From IMG/VR virus record IMGVR_UViG_2565956718_000004: DNA of 49,168 bases; one strand, 5' to 3'. The notes beneath the pieces were generated by a model. The model made no database searches. It worked only from the letters and a program-made list of their open reading frames with translations, and was not told the DNA's origin. A program made the position numbers and the translations under genes. Each line of letters begins with the position of its first letter. Position 1 is the first letter of the stretch. The DNA comes from a virus. Lineage: Duplodnaviria > Heunggongvirae > Uroviricota > Caudoviricetes. Positions 10,235 to 19,919 of the stretch are shown here, piece by piece.

Positions 10235-10914
10235 TCATGACTGTGCTGCAAAGCTCAGCGCGTCTTCCAGCGCCGCAAACGGATCCACCTCCGGCTTATC
10301 CTCATCCTCGCCCCAGCAGAGCATGGCGTCCTTCAGTGCAACATTCATCCCCTGTGCCCCAAAAACCGCTTTCACGATCTGTGCATTACGGATATCCCCG
10401 CGCTCATCACCCAGCGGGGATACCCTGTCGAACTCCATCCACATCATCGCCTCGCTCACACTCAGGCTGTGCCGCAGTTCGGATAAGGTGCGCCCCAGAC
10501 GGAGCGCAAGTCGCATCAGAAAGCGAATTTCCGGGCGGGCTACTTTTTTCTGGCCGACTCTGCATCAGCGATCAGTTCCAGTGCCTGACGCAGCAACCGG
10601 GCATGTACCGGACCATAGACGGCCAGCACCTGCTCACGGTCGTCCGGAGCGAACACCCGCTGCAGATCCGTATCACACAGGACATCGCAGAACAGCGTCA
10701 CATCCGCTTCCAGGTTACGGCGGGTTTTCGCCACCACCGACAGGGTATCGTCATCCTCTCCATCACCATTGAGCACTTCCTGCCACAGATACCAGGCCTC
10801 TGCCGAAGGCTCCCGCAGCACCACGCTGACATTACCCCATTCCGGCACCTTCACCGTTTTATGACGAAACCCTGACAGTCTGGCCAGCGCCAGCGTTTTC
10901 AGATCCTTTTTCAT
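10235..10914 (-). CDS. T: tail assembly chaperone G-T fusion made by programmed -1 frameshift
   Basis: Minus-strand heptamer A_AAA_AAG (plus coords 10543-10549) is the last two codons of G; the -1 frame continues as ...KKVARPEIRFLMRLALRLG... to the stop at 10235. Confidence 0.7.
10540..10914 (-). CDS. G: tail assembly chaperone G
   Basis: Start at internal MKKDLKTL; ends ...ESARKK-stop directly after the slippery heptamer. Confidence 0.8.
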   Translation of the reverse strand: MKKDLKTLALARLSGFRHKTVKVPEWGNVSVVLREPSAEAWYLWQEVLNGDGEDDDTLSVVAKTRRNLEADVTLFCDVLCDTDLQRVFAPDDREQVLAVYGPVHARLLRQALELIADAESARKK

Positions 10915-10928
10915 GATGACCCATCCCC

Positions 10929-11645
10929 TTATCCGGCGGCTGCGCTCACTGTCACGGTGCATTCAACAGACGTCACACTCTGTGCTTTCTCTGCCGAATC
11001 GGTCACCACGCAGGTATATTTCCCCGCATCAGCGGACTGCGCACCTGGCTTACTGAAGGTGTCTGTCGTCTGCCCGTCAACCGGCTGACCATCCTTCTTC
11101 CAGGCGTATTTATACGGCGGCGTTCCCCCGTTGGCACTGACTGACATTGTCAGCAGCGCACCTGTATTCACGGTAAGTGTTTTATCCAGATTTTTCACAA
11201 ACGCCAGCGGTACCACAAAGGACACCGGTTTGCCTTTCATACGCAGTGAAAACGTTGCTGCCACCACGCCGTTGGTACCGGATGACCAGGTGTGCTGACG
11301 CACTTCCGCCAGGAACTTAAAGCCCTTACCGGACGGAAACAGCACCTTAAACGCATACAACGCGTCATTGTCATAGGCATCACGCAGGGCGTTCTGGGCC
11401 TGATTCAGATAAAAATTACCCGACATGGAAATCTCAGACGACGCCCCCAGACCGTTGATGTTCTCCTGCTCGGTGGAGCAGAGCGTGGTCACATCAATAT
11501 CCTGTTTCTGACCGGCGGTGAACTGGACTTCCTTGATGGTGCAATCCAGGCGCAGATATTCCGCCTTATCCATAGTTTCAGCAGTCGCCGGGGCAGATGA
11601 AATCATCACCTGCGTCAGCTGTGAGCGTTCATACAAAGCAGACAT
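10929..11645 (-). CDS. V: major tail protein V with C-terminal Ig-like domain
   Basis: Start at MSALYERSQ with RBS AGGAGG; C-terminal ~90 aa look Ig-like; position between U and G. Confidence 0.85.
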   Translation of the reverse strand: MSALYERSQLTQVMISSAPATAETMDKAEYLRLDCTIKEVQFTAGQKQDIDVTTLCSTEQENINGLGASSEISMSGNFYLNQAQNALRDAYDNDALYAFKVLFPSGKGFKFLAEVRQHTWSSGTNGVVAATFSLRMKGKPVSFVVPLAFVKNLDKTLTVNTGALLTMSVSANGGTPPYKYAWKKDGQPVDGQTTDTFSKPGAQSADAGKYTCVVTDSAEKAQSVTSVECTVTVSAAAG

Positions 11646-11709
11646 TCTGCCTCCTGATAATAAAAAACCCGCACGCGGCGGGGTATGGTTTTGTAGAAAA
11701 AAGAAAAAG

Positions 11710-12054
11710 TCACACCGTGACCTGAAACTCCAGGGTTGCACGGTAACAGCGGTTTTCCGGAATATAGTCCTGCATTTCACTGACGGATCCCGGGGCCAGC
11801 AGCATTATGGCTTCACGGGCGTCCTGACGTATCTGACGCGCCTGCGTCACAGTCCCGGCATAAACGTCTATCTGCACCGACACTGAGGACTCCGCCTGCC
11901 CGCCCATCACGTCCGCTGACACCGATGAAATCAGGCTGAAAACCACCCACGGAAGCGCCACCGACGGCCTGCCATCCAGCAGGGGGACCACATACGGGTA
12001 CACCTGCCCGCCGGCAAGATGCGCCAGATGAGGATACAAATCCGCCTCCGTCAT
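11710..12054 (-). CDS. U: tail terminator protein U
   Basis: 114-aa ORF directly upstream of V, lambda-U-like size and position. Confidence 0.8.
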   Translation of the reverse strand: MTEADLYPHLAHLAGGQVYPYVVPLLDGRPSVALPWVVFSLISSVSADVMGGQAESSVSVQIDVYAGTVTQARQIRQDAREAIMLLAPGSVSEMQDYIPENRCYRATLEFQVTV

Positions 12055-12497
12055 CGTCTCAGTACCTCATCAATGGCCCGGTTCATCCGCGCAATCGCCA
12101 CCTGAGCTGCCTGTTCACTGCGCACATCAAACGCCGGGCGCACAAACGGGTGCGGTGGCATATTCACAGTCCCCATTTCCACAAACCGCCAGTAGAAAGC
12201 ATTGCGCGGGTTATCCGCCTTCATAGTGTTATCGCTGTTACCGGTGTCCGGATTAACACCACGGATATGGACACCGGATTCCATCCCGCCATCGCGGGAG
12301 CGCCGGGAAAGGATCACCACATTGCGGCGCAGTTTTCCCCTGCGTACCGGTGCCCGTGACACCACTTCTTCTTTCAGCACATTCGCACCCGCACGGGTTG
12401 CCTCACGCAGCACCCGGTTATTTTCCGCACCACTCAGAAGCTGCAAATCGCGGCTGATGTCCTCCAGCCCCGAAAAATCCAGCAGGGTTTCGATCAT
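12051..12497 (-). CDS. tail completion / head-tail joining protein (HK97 gp10-like)
   Basis: 148-aa ORF in conserved position between adaptor and U; overlapping stop-start. Confidence 0.65.
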   Translation of the reverse strand: MIETLLDFSGLEDISRDLQLLSGAENNRVLREATRAGANVLKEEVVSRAPVRRGKLRRNVVILSRRSRDGGMESGVHIRGVNPDTGNSDNTMKADNPRNAFYWRFVEMGTVNMPPHPFVRPAFDVRSEQAAQVAIARMNRAIDEVLRR

Positions 12498-12844
12498 TTT
12501 TCCCCTCCCAGCCGACAGAGAATTTCCAGACGCCCGCCGGTCGCATCCGGCACGGGCAGCCCGACAACGTTCAGGATCCGGTCACGCCATGGACCACTCA
12601 GCACATGAAGTCGTGACGCTGCCGTGATTTCCCGACCGGACTGACCGCGCACCCAGATGCGGATTTCCGCCTGCGCCATTTCCGCACCGGACTGCATCCG
12701 CTCCCGGCTGCTCCTGCCACGGATATCCGCATGAATTTTCCCGCATGACACCCATTCTTCCGTCATTTCTCCGGCAGCGTTACGGGTTAACACCGGATTC
12801 AGAACACTTATCATCTGTGTCAGACGACCTGCAGATATTGCCAT
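12494..12844 (-). CDS. head-tail adaptor (head closure) protein
   Basis: 116-aa ORF in conserved head-tail connector position. Confidence 0.65.
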   Translation of the reverse strand: MAISAGRLTQMISVLNPVLTRNAAGEMTEEWVSCGKIHADIRGRSSRERMQSGAEMAQAEIRIWVRGQSGREITAASRLHVLSGPWRDRILNVVGLPVPDATGGRLEILCRLGGEK

Positions 12845-12853
12845 TCCCCCTCC

Positions 12854-13180
12854 TCATAACACCGTCGGACAACGCAAATCGTAAATCAGCACGGAAACAG
12901 AAAACGGCAGCTCCCCCTGAAGCAGTTCTTCCCGCTCCGCAAGATCCGGATTCCGGTACAGCATCCCGGTCAGTCGCATGGCAGCCCCCTTCATCCGGGT
13001 TAATGCCTCGCCCGGGATCAGTTCACCGTCCTCACGGATCACTTTATCCCGGCTGCCCTGAATGTAGGCCAGCAGCACGGCGGTAGCCTGACGAACCTTG
13101 TCCATCAGCATGTCATCATCCGCGTCATGGTCGACACGCAGATGTGCCTTGATCTCTTCCAGTGTCAGTAATGCCGTCAT
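12854..13180 (-). CDS. head-tail connector protein (gp6-like)
   Basis: 108-aa acidic protein immediately downstream of the portal gene. Confidence 0.6.
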   Translation of the reverse strand: MTALLTLEEIKAHLRVDHDADDDMLMDKVRQATAVLLAYIQGSRDKVIREDGELIPGEALTRMKGAAMRLTGMLYRNPDLAEREELLQGELPFSVSVLIYDLRCPTVL

Positions 13181-15438
13181 TTTCCGCCTCCTGCATCCCG
13201 CCCACGTTTTGCAGCCAGGGTCCAGGCTGATGAATGAGCTTCTCCGGGTTTATCTTCGGTCATACTGTTGCAGTGCCACAGCGAGCCCCCCCACGTCACC
13301 GTATCGCCGGGGTGGTAGGTTTCACCGGCTCTGAACACACCGCGGTAGAGCATCACCGGCAGGGAAAATGTTTTTTCCGTACGCTGGCCACTGCTCTGCC
13401 GGACCACCACAGAGAACAACCGCTCACCCGTCATGCTGACGTCAATATCCGCCACCCCGTCAACCAGGCATTCCCATCCCCGCATCCCGTGCGTTTTTTC
13501 ATACGCCCGCCAGAGTCCGCCCTGGTGTGTGGCATACGTGCCCCGGGGAAAGGATTTTTGATCGTCAATGGCGGGGAGTATTTCCAGAGCCGTGGCATCA
13601 CGCCCGTCCTGCGGAGCCGGCAGGGCACTCACCGCATCCAGAACCGCCTTCTGCAGAACATCCGGATCGTAGTCACGACCATCACGCGGAACATGAATAT
13701 GGCTTACAGCCTCCTTCACCATCTGTTCAAGCATCGGACGCACATCATCCGGGGTGAGACTTTTACCGTCCGCCGGCTGCGGAATATTTGCGACCGCATC
13801 ATTCACCGCCTGCTGCAGTACATCCGGATCATAATCACGACCATCACGCGGTACCGGAATGGCCCCCACAGCGTCATCCACCATCGCCTGCAGAACCGGA
13901 CGCACCTCATCCACCGTCACATGCTTCTGTAATACCGCCGACAGGGAAGTCAGTTTCTCTTCAAACGCTTGTGCCTGCGAGGCCATCTTCCCCTCAAATG
14001 TGCGCTGTAAATCCGCCAGCACTGTGGAGAATTCTTCTCCCAGTGCACGAATAATGGACAGTTCCCGTTCCGTCATTTTCTCAGTATCCCCCCTGAACAT
14101 CGCTTTCACCGCATCATGCTCTGTTTCACTGATTGCCTTATTACCGTCAGATGCGCCGTCAGGCAGCTGTGATGAAACTGTTTTCCCGGCAGACGAGAAC
14201 GGATCCTCACGGGCATCACGACGGGACAGCGCCTCCAGACTGTAGTTCTGCTGCTGAAGATACAGTGCATCACCGCCGGCCAGGGGCGGCAGGTTCTCCC
14301 GTTTACGGGCCTCATTGGGCGTGAGAAGCGTATTTTTCACCGCATCCCCCAGCGTTTTCATGCGCCGCTCACTGTCCATTCTCAGCAGCGTGGTGACATC
14401 AAATTCTGTACTCTCGTTTTCCCCCGTTTCCAGCGCCTCATCCAGTAACAGTTCAATGGACTCAATCAGCGTCTGCAGGCACTGGGAATAATACTGCTGC
14501 TCCAGCGCCTCCACGTTGTCACTGGAAGGCGGTTGTCCCACGCCAATCTTGTAGGCCGGGACACGGAACACCGAACAGACAATTTCAGCGGTCATCTTCA
14601 GTTGTTCCACCGTCTGCGCATCCACAGGTGAAAACGTCGTGGGGTTGTATTTTGCCCCGTTGCTCAGAATGGCCGTTTTCCCCGCATTTTCGCCTGTATA
14701 CCCGCTGTCCCAGTTGCTCTTCAGTTTTTTCGCATTTTCTTCCGTAATACTGCCGGGGATCTCAATCACCCCGGACGGCCTGCCACCATTTCTGAAAAAA
14801 GACGTCGAATTTTCCTGAATATGATGCCCCTGCGTGGCCGCCAGCCCGGCGGCATACACCGGCGGCAATCCTATAAGCGGATGAAAAAAACAGTTAAACC
14901 GGTCGTGGATCACTTCCCGGGCAGGCACCGTCACCGCCTCCGTGATCCCGCAGTTCCGGTCCGGCGTGATGCGGTAGAACACCTCGCCGTCATCCGCCAC
15001 CAGAGGTTCAACCCGGCTCCAGTCCAGAATACGCAGTTCTTTGATCTGCCCCCGGGCATTACGGATTTTCAGCACCACCGTATTGCCGTGACGCAGTTTG
15101 GCGTTCAGCCACAGTTCAAAAAACTGGATGCGGTTCTGCTGGGCGTTGGGACGACGACAGAGGCGGGCAATATCCCCCCGGCGCGTTTCCCTGCGTATCC
15201 CATGCGCATCCGTCTGCATAAGACGCAGCCGCATTTTGGCGATATCCTGGGATATCAGCGAAATACATGCAAACACCGCATGAAAGGAGAGGACGGCTTC
15301 AGGATCGGCTTTCACGCCCTGCTGCCAGGCGCCGGAAAAGGGCTCAGCCACCGCCTGAAACAGGCTGGTCCAGCCCGCCTCTCTTACGTCACGTCCTGAT
15401 TTCTGGTTTTTTCGGGTTCGCCGTAAAAGGTTCCACAT
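13177..15438 (-). CDS. portal protein (HK97 family) with long C-terminal extension containing tandem peptide repeats
   Basis: 753-aa ORF; N-terminal ~430 aa portal-like; C-terminal region carries three ~35-aa repeats (VPRDGRDYDPDVLQ[QK]AV.DAV). Confidence 0.85.
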   Translation of the reverse strand: MWNLLRRTRKNQKSGRDVREAGWTSLFQAVAEPFSGAWQQGVKADPEAVLSFHAVFACISLISQDIAKMRLRLMQTDAHGIRRETRRGDIARLCRRPNAQQNRIQFFELWLNAKLRHGNTVVLKIRNARGQIKELRILDWSRVEPLVADDGEVFYRITPDRNCGITEAVTVPAREVIHDRFNCFFHPLIGLPPVYAAGLAATQGHHIQENSTSFFRNGGRPSGVIEIPGSITEENAKKLKSNWDSGYTGENAGKTAILSNGAKYNPTTFSPVDAQTVEQLKMTAEIVCSVFRVPAYKIGVGQPPSSDNVEALEQQYYSQCLQTLIESIELLLDEALETGENESTEFDVTTLLRMDSERRMKTLGDAVKNTLLTPNEARKRENLPPLAGGDALYLQQQNYSLEALSRRDAREDPFSSAGKTVSSQLPDGASDGNKAISETEHDAVKAMFRGDTEKMTERELSIIRALGEEFSTVLADLQRTFEGKMASQAQAFEEKLTSLSAVLQKHVTVDEVRPVLQAMVDDAVGAIPVPRDGRDYDPDVLQQAVNDAVANIPQPADGKSLTPDDVRPMLEQMVKEAVSHIHVPRDGRDYDPDVLQKAVLDAVSALPAPQDGRDATALEILPAIDDQKSFPRGTYATHQGGLWRAYEKTHGMRGWECLVDGVADIDVSMTGERLFSVVVRQSSGQRTEKTFSLPVMLYRGVFRAGETYHPGDTVTWGGSLWHCNSMTEDKPGEAHSSAWTLAAKRGRDAGGGK

Positions 15439-15605
15439 TCGCCATGCTCCGCATCACGTTTCTTTTTCTGACCTGCCGGACGTCGCACCGTGATGTACTC
15501 CGCCTTTCCCAGGCGAACCAGCACCTCCGCACACGGCTGTGCCACATCACGGATATCCCCGGCCCGGGCATCATGCGTGCCCTGCAGATATCGGATCTTT
15601 GCCAT
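15384..15605 (-). CDS. hypothetical small protein between capsid and portal genes
   Basis: 73-aa ORF; ATG sits just after a GC hairpin with the AAGGAGG ~30 nt upstream; overlaps the portal start by 55 nt. Confidence 0.25.
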   Translation of the reverse strand: MAKIRYLQGTHDARAGDIRDVAQPCAEVLVRLGKAEYITVRRPAGQKKKRDAEHGECGTFYGEPEKTRNQDVT

Positions 15606-15649
15606 AACCTGTTACGGGAGGCGCACGCCTCCCGTCCTCCTTATCAGAC

Positions 15650-17587
15650 TCAGCCGCCGGACGCACTGCCGTAGTTCACTCCGGTGATCACCGCCACCGC
15701 CGCGGTACGGCGACGACGCCAGTTGATCCAGCGCTCCGCACGGATGGCCACGCTGCCTGTCTGGAACATGGAAACCAGCTCCACCGGGGACGGCGTGGTA
15801 CTGTCGCCGCCCGGCTCAGACTGCATTTCCAGTGATGCCTCGCGGGACATATCCACTGCCACGCCGCCGTCATCCGCCAGATAAATATCCGGGGCATTCA
15901 CCAGCACCAGCTGGTCACCCACGTACTGGGAGACAATCACCGGCAGCCCCTGGAAGGAGCCACCCAGCAGGGTCATGTCCGGGTATTCCTTCTGACCCAG
16001 CGCATTTTTACGCATGGACAGTGCCAGGGCATTGGTGCTGGACATCAGCCAGACCGCACCGGTGGGCTGCAGGTTTGCTGCCACAAACTGTCCAAACGCA
16101 GCCTCTGCATCCGCATCCGGGTTACCGGTTGATGCCGTGCCCTTCACATCATGGGTGATGGACGCCGGGGAGACATCTGCCACTGCGGCTTTTTTCGGGT
16201 CCACAAAGTCTGTATCCAGACGCGCCACCACCGCTTCCGCCAGCGCATTACGGACCAGTGCATCAGCAGCCGGACTGGAAAAACGGATCAATTCTTCCGT
16301 CAGTACCGCAATGGCCGACACCTTCGCATGACTGAAGGTGATGGATTCAAAATCAAACTTCGTCAGGGGTTTTGCCTTACCCTCACCCACCCAGCCGGCA
16401 GCACCGCCGGACACCTGGGCGTGCACACGGATATTGAACGGCACCTGACGAAGTGCAGGGATCCCGCCCTGACCAAATCGCCCGATAATGGTCTGCGGAC
16501 GCAGGTAATCAATAAAGTCCTGTGCGTATTCCTGATATTCAGACAGGCTGCCTGCCCACTGCGGATCCGTGGTGGTCCCCGCGCCCACTGCCGATTTCAG
16601 GACATGATGCAGACGACTGTCATCCGGATACTGACGACGGGCCACTTCCAGGGCTTCAGATCGGACGCCTTTAGCCGCAGCCAGCGATTTGGCAAAGCGG
16701 GCGAAGCCAATCCCCTTATCCAGTTTCTGCTCCACACGGATCACCGGCGCAGAAGCCACCGCGGCCACATTCCCGTTACCGGCCTGTTTCACCGGCTGCG
16801 CCGTGGCGGCCTTACCGGCTTCCAGTTCACGCAGGCGCTTCAGGTGCGCATCCACCTGACGGATTTCCGCTGCGGTGTTGTCGTAATGCTCTTCCTCCTC
16901 CACATCCAGCGTGCGCCCTTCCTCTGCGGCTTTGGTCATGACCTCCTCAAGGGAGGCTGCCAGCGCTGCACGCTTGTTTTCAAAACTTTTAATCTGTTCG
17001 CCAATATTCATTATGGTCTTTTCCTTATGAAAAACGGTTGTTGACTGTGCCGCAGCGCCGGCAGAAGATGCGATTTTCACCACCGGTTTCCGGTTGCCGG
17101 ACGCGGCAGAAAACGGGCGGTCGTAAGATTTAATGGTCCGGATGGTGCATTCCGCATTCGCGGGCACGGTGACGGCAGACACCTCCATCAGTTCCCAGCG
17201 CAGAAAATGCAGTCCGCCTCCGTCCAGAAAGGTGTATTCATGGGGACGGAAGCCCACGGACAGCCCCCTGACCAGCCCGGTCTTAATGGCCGCCCAGACC
17301 TCATCCAGCCGGGCAGCCAGTTGCGACGGCATATCCGGTACGGGCTTCACCAGTGTTGCCGTGATTTCCAGCCCTTCGCTGACCCGGCGCACCGTACACT
17401 GCCCCACCGGGCGGGAATGGTCATGCTGCCAGAGAAACGGGATCGCACTGCCAAACTCCGCGCCCTCCGGCTCCAGGATGTCACCATCCCGATCCGGAGA
17501 AGGCGTTGACGCAATCCCGGTGATCACTCGTTCATCCTCACTGAAGGATTTCACCGTCAGCAGGGAACAGGCCCGTTTAAGAGTCAC
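15650..17587 (-). CDS. prohead protease - scaffold - major capsid protein fusion (HK97-like)
   Basis: 645-aa ORF; N-terminal ~170 aa prohead-protease-like, central charged coiled-coil, C-terminal ~350 aa HK97-fold capsid-like. Confidence 0.85.
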   Translation of the reverse strand: MTLKRACSLLTVKSFSEDERVITGIASTPSPDRDGDILEPEGAEFGSAIPFLWQHDHSRPVGQCTVRRVSEGLEITATLVKPVPDMPSQLAARLDEVWAAIKTGLVRGLSVGFRPHEYTFLDGGGLHFLRWELMEVSAVTVPANAECTIRTIKSYDRPFSAASGNRKPVVKIASSAGAAAQSTTVFHKEKTIMNIGEQIKSFENKRAALAASLEEVMTKAAEEGRTLDVEEEEHYDNTAAEIRQVDAHLKRLRELEAGKAATAQPVKQAGNGNVAAVASAPVIRVEQKLDKGIGFARFAKSLAAAKGVRSEALEVARRQYPDDSRLHHVLKSAVGAGTTTDPQWAGSLSEYQEYAQDFIDYLRPQTIIGRFGQGGIPALRQVPFNIRVHAQVSGGAAGWVGEGKAKPLTKFDFESITFSHAKVSAIAVLTEELIRFSSPAADALVRNALAEAVVARLDTDFVDPKKAAVADVSPASITHDVKGTASTGNPDADAEAAFGQFVAANLQPTGAVWLMSSTNALALSMRKNALGQKEYPDMTLLGGSFQGLPVIVSQYVGDQLVLVNAPDIYLADDGGVAVDMSREASLEMQSEPGGDSTTPSPVELVSMFQTGSVAIRAERWINWRRRRTAAVAVITGVNYGSASGG

Positions 17588-17650
17588 ATCAGCCTCCTGA
17601 AAATAAAAAAACCGCCGGAGCGGTTCGTGATGGTTACAGTGTGAACAGGG

Positions 17651-19312
17651 TTATATGAAAAAAACCGCATATTCTTTCTTTTTCGGTTCCGGGTTAAGGG
17701 ACATCAGGGAGACCGCATTGAACAGCGCCATCAGCGGGTCAATTTTTCCCCGTCCACTGGCCTGTTTGGTGATAAGAATGGCGTTACCTTTAGGCTCCAC
17801 CCGGGCATTGCCGACACACCAGGCCATCAGGGGCTGGTCACCATGCACCAGCACCCCTTCAGCCAGTTTGCGCTCGGTGGTTTTAATGGCCCCGCCCAGT
17901 TTCCAGCCCTGGCTTATCCCCACCACAATTCCGTCGGGGATCCCGGCTTCCGCCAGTGAATCCAGAATCTGCCCCACCCCTGACGGGTCAATACCGATAT
18001 GGTCCAGTAACTCAGCCTCATGAATGCGACGCACATATTCCGCCACTTCCGCCGTGTCATCCCCGACACGCCGGACAATGGTCATATCTCCACAGGCAAC
18101 AAGATCCTGAAACCGGGACGCCTCGCTCTTCCGTCGGACCACCGCGGTTTCATGCGCCCAGGCATGGCCCCAGCCCAGCCATTCGCGGGTCTCCCGGTCA
18201 CGCCCAATCACATACATCCCCAGCAGATCATCCAGCCCTCCGCCGTCAATCCCCACCGTCACCACATCAGCACGACGCAGGATATCGTCCAGGCTGATAC
18301 AACGGCCCTGCTCTTCCCAGAAATCAGCCCCCGCCCAGCGGTCAGAGCGCAGGGCAAGACCAATTTCCACATTGGCGTGTTTTGACATGAACCCCCGGAA
18401 TGTCTCTTCACCGGCTTCCCGGGCTTTACGGTACTCCCGGTACAGAAAGGCCTCATCCACTGAATAGCCGAGATTAGGATTGACCATGGCGAGGTTTTCC
18501 ATCAGCAGGTGAGCCCCGCTTTCCACCATTTCAGGAGGGTGTTCAAATATCACCGGCAGAAAGTGCGGATCATGAATTTTGCCGTCGCGCACATCCCGGG
18601 CGTACTGCAGTTTCTGTCTGAACACCCCGGCGGGCGGTTCATTCGACTGGGTGGTCGTATACACCACAAACCCTTCCGGGCGGGAGGCAAGGCCGCCTAT
18701 GGCTTCACGTAACATGTCCTCCGCCTTGCACTGCTTGCCAAACAGCCACAACTCATCAATCAGCGTACCCACGGACTTGATACCGGACACCGTATTCGGA
18801 TCGGCTGCCACCACCTTCAGGGTGGTGTCTGTCACCCGGTGGGTGATGGTCCGGATATGGGTCTGTACCTGGCAGAGATCATCCAGATCATCGTCACGTC
18901 GTACCATATCCCGGGCAGGGTTGAAGGCGTTGGCCGCCACCTCCACAGTCGGGGCCAGAATCGTGTAACCCGCCGCCTGCCGCCAGTTCAGTAACAGTGC
19001 AGTCATCATGATCCCCGCGGCCAGCGTGGACTTCGAGTTTTTCTTGGGGATAAGGATAAAAACTTCCTTGATATGGCGTACACCGGTCTGCGCATCGTAG
19101 GAGCCAAACAGGGCCGCCACCAGGTCAAACACCCACGGTGCACAGGACTCCCCGAACGTAGGGCTACCAGGTGCATCCACAATCCGCAGTTGTTTAAAAA
19201 TCGCCAGGGCATGTGCGGCCTCGTCCGGATAAATCGGATCCGGAATAATCGACAGCCCCTTTTTCAGGCGCTCTGCCCAGTCCGGGCAGGCTGTGCTCCA
19301 TACAGGTATCAT
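17651..19312 (-). CDS. terminase large subunit
   Basis: 553-aa ORF with ATPase and nuclease-like halves; position after terS. Confidence 0.9.
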   Translation of the reverse strand: MIPVWSTACPDWAERLKKGLSIIPDPIYPDEAAHALAIFKQLRIVDAPGSPTFGESCAPWVFDLVAALFGSYDAQTGVRHIKEVFILIPKKNSKSTLAAGIMMTALLLNWRQAAGYTILAPTVEVAANAFNPARDMVRRDDDLDDLCQVQTHIRTITHRVTDTTLKVVAADPNTVSGIKSVGTLIDELWLFGKQCKAEDMLREAIGGLASRPEGFVVYTTTQSNEPPAGVFRQKLQYARDVRDGKIHDPHFLPVIFEHPPEMVESGAHLLMENLAMVNPNLGYSVDEAFLYREYRKAREAGEETFRGFMSKHANVEIGLALRSDRWAGADFWEEQGRCISLDDILRRADVVTVGIDGGGLDDLLGMYVIGRDRETREWLGWGHAWAHETAVVRRKSEASRFQDLVACGDMTIVRRVGDDTAEVAEYVRRIHEAELLDHIGIDPSGVGQILDSLAEAGIPDGIVVGISQGWKLGGAIKTTERKLAEGVLVHGDQPLMAWCVGNARVEPKGNAILITKQASGRGKIDPLMALFNAVSLMSLNPEPKKKEYAVFFI

Positions 19313-19872
19313 CCGTTGCCCTCATTATCGTTATTCACCACCAGTCGGGGTGGCGGTGGCACCGCAAAACGGTTAGCCGCTTTTTTCGCGGCATCACCTT
19401 TTGCCGATTTTTTCCCGGTATCCCCTTTTTTATGGTGCGTGAACTGCGCCAGACGCCAGGCCGCATCCAGTGCCAGTTTCGGATCAATGCAGAGGTTTTC
19501 CACCAGGATCCGCCCCATGGCTTTCACCGGATCGGGAAGACCATCCTCCATATATTCAATACCAGGAGACATCACCGCGGACGGTGGCATCTCCGGATTG
19601 TTTTCGTCCGGCTGTGGTATTGCAGCCGCCTCACGGCGACGGGGTTTATCCTCCTGCTCTGATTTTTTCTGCCGGTAAACAGGAACCTCATCCACCTCCA
19701 CCGTCTCGCATTGTTTACGGGCTATAAACGCAAGCACCTCCGGATCTTTTGCCAGCTGCGAGCCTTTAACCCTGGCGGTCTTCGCCGAATAACCGGCGGC
19801 AATGGCTGACGCTGTTTTGTTTTTCCCGGACATGAGCGCCAGCGCAAATTTTCGTTTTTGCGTTGTCAGCAC
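19309..19872 (-). CDS. terminase small subunit
   Basis: 187-aa ORF with N-terminal HTH-like segment, overlapping the terL start; alternative (GTG) start. Confidence 0.75.
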   Translation of the reverse strand: MLTTQKRKFALALMSGKNKTASAIAAGYSAKTARVKGSQLAKDPEVLAFIARKQCETVEVDEVPVYRQKKSEQEDKPRRREAAAIPQPDENNPEMPPSAVMSPGIEYMEDGLPDPVKAMGRILVENLCIDPKLALDAAWRLAQFTHHKKGDTGKKSAKGDAAKKAANRFAVPPPPRLVVNNDNEGNG

Positions 19873-19919
19873 AGCCTCCTCCCGGGTCCAGAACGCACTC
19901 AGCCGGGTATGGTTCAGCC

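Noticed and set aside
15832-17044. Plus-strand ORFs within the capsid fusion gene (15832-16158, 16014-16331, 16151-17044)
   Set aside because: Antisense shadow ORFs inside a strongly supported structural gene.
18020-19678. Plus-strand ORFs within terL/terS (e.g. 19073-19678)
   Set aside because: Antisense to terminase genes, Arg/Pro/Gly-rich, no translation signals.
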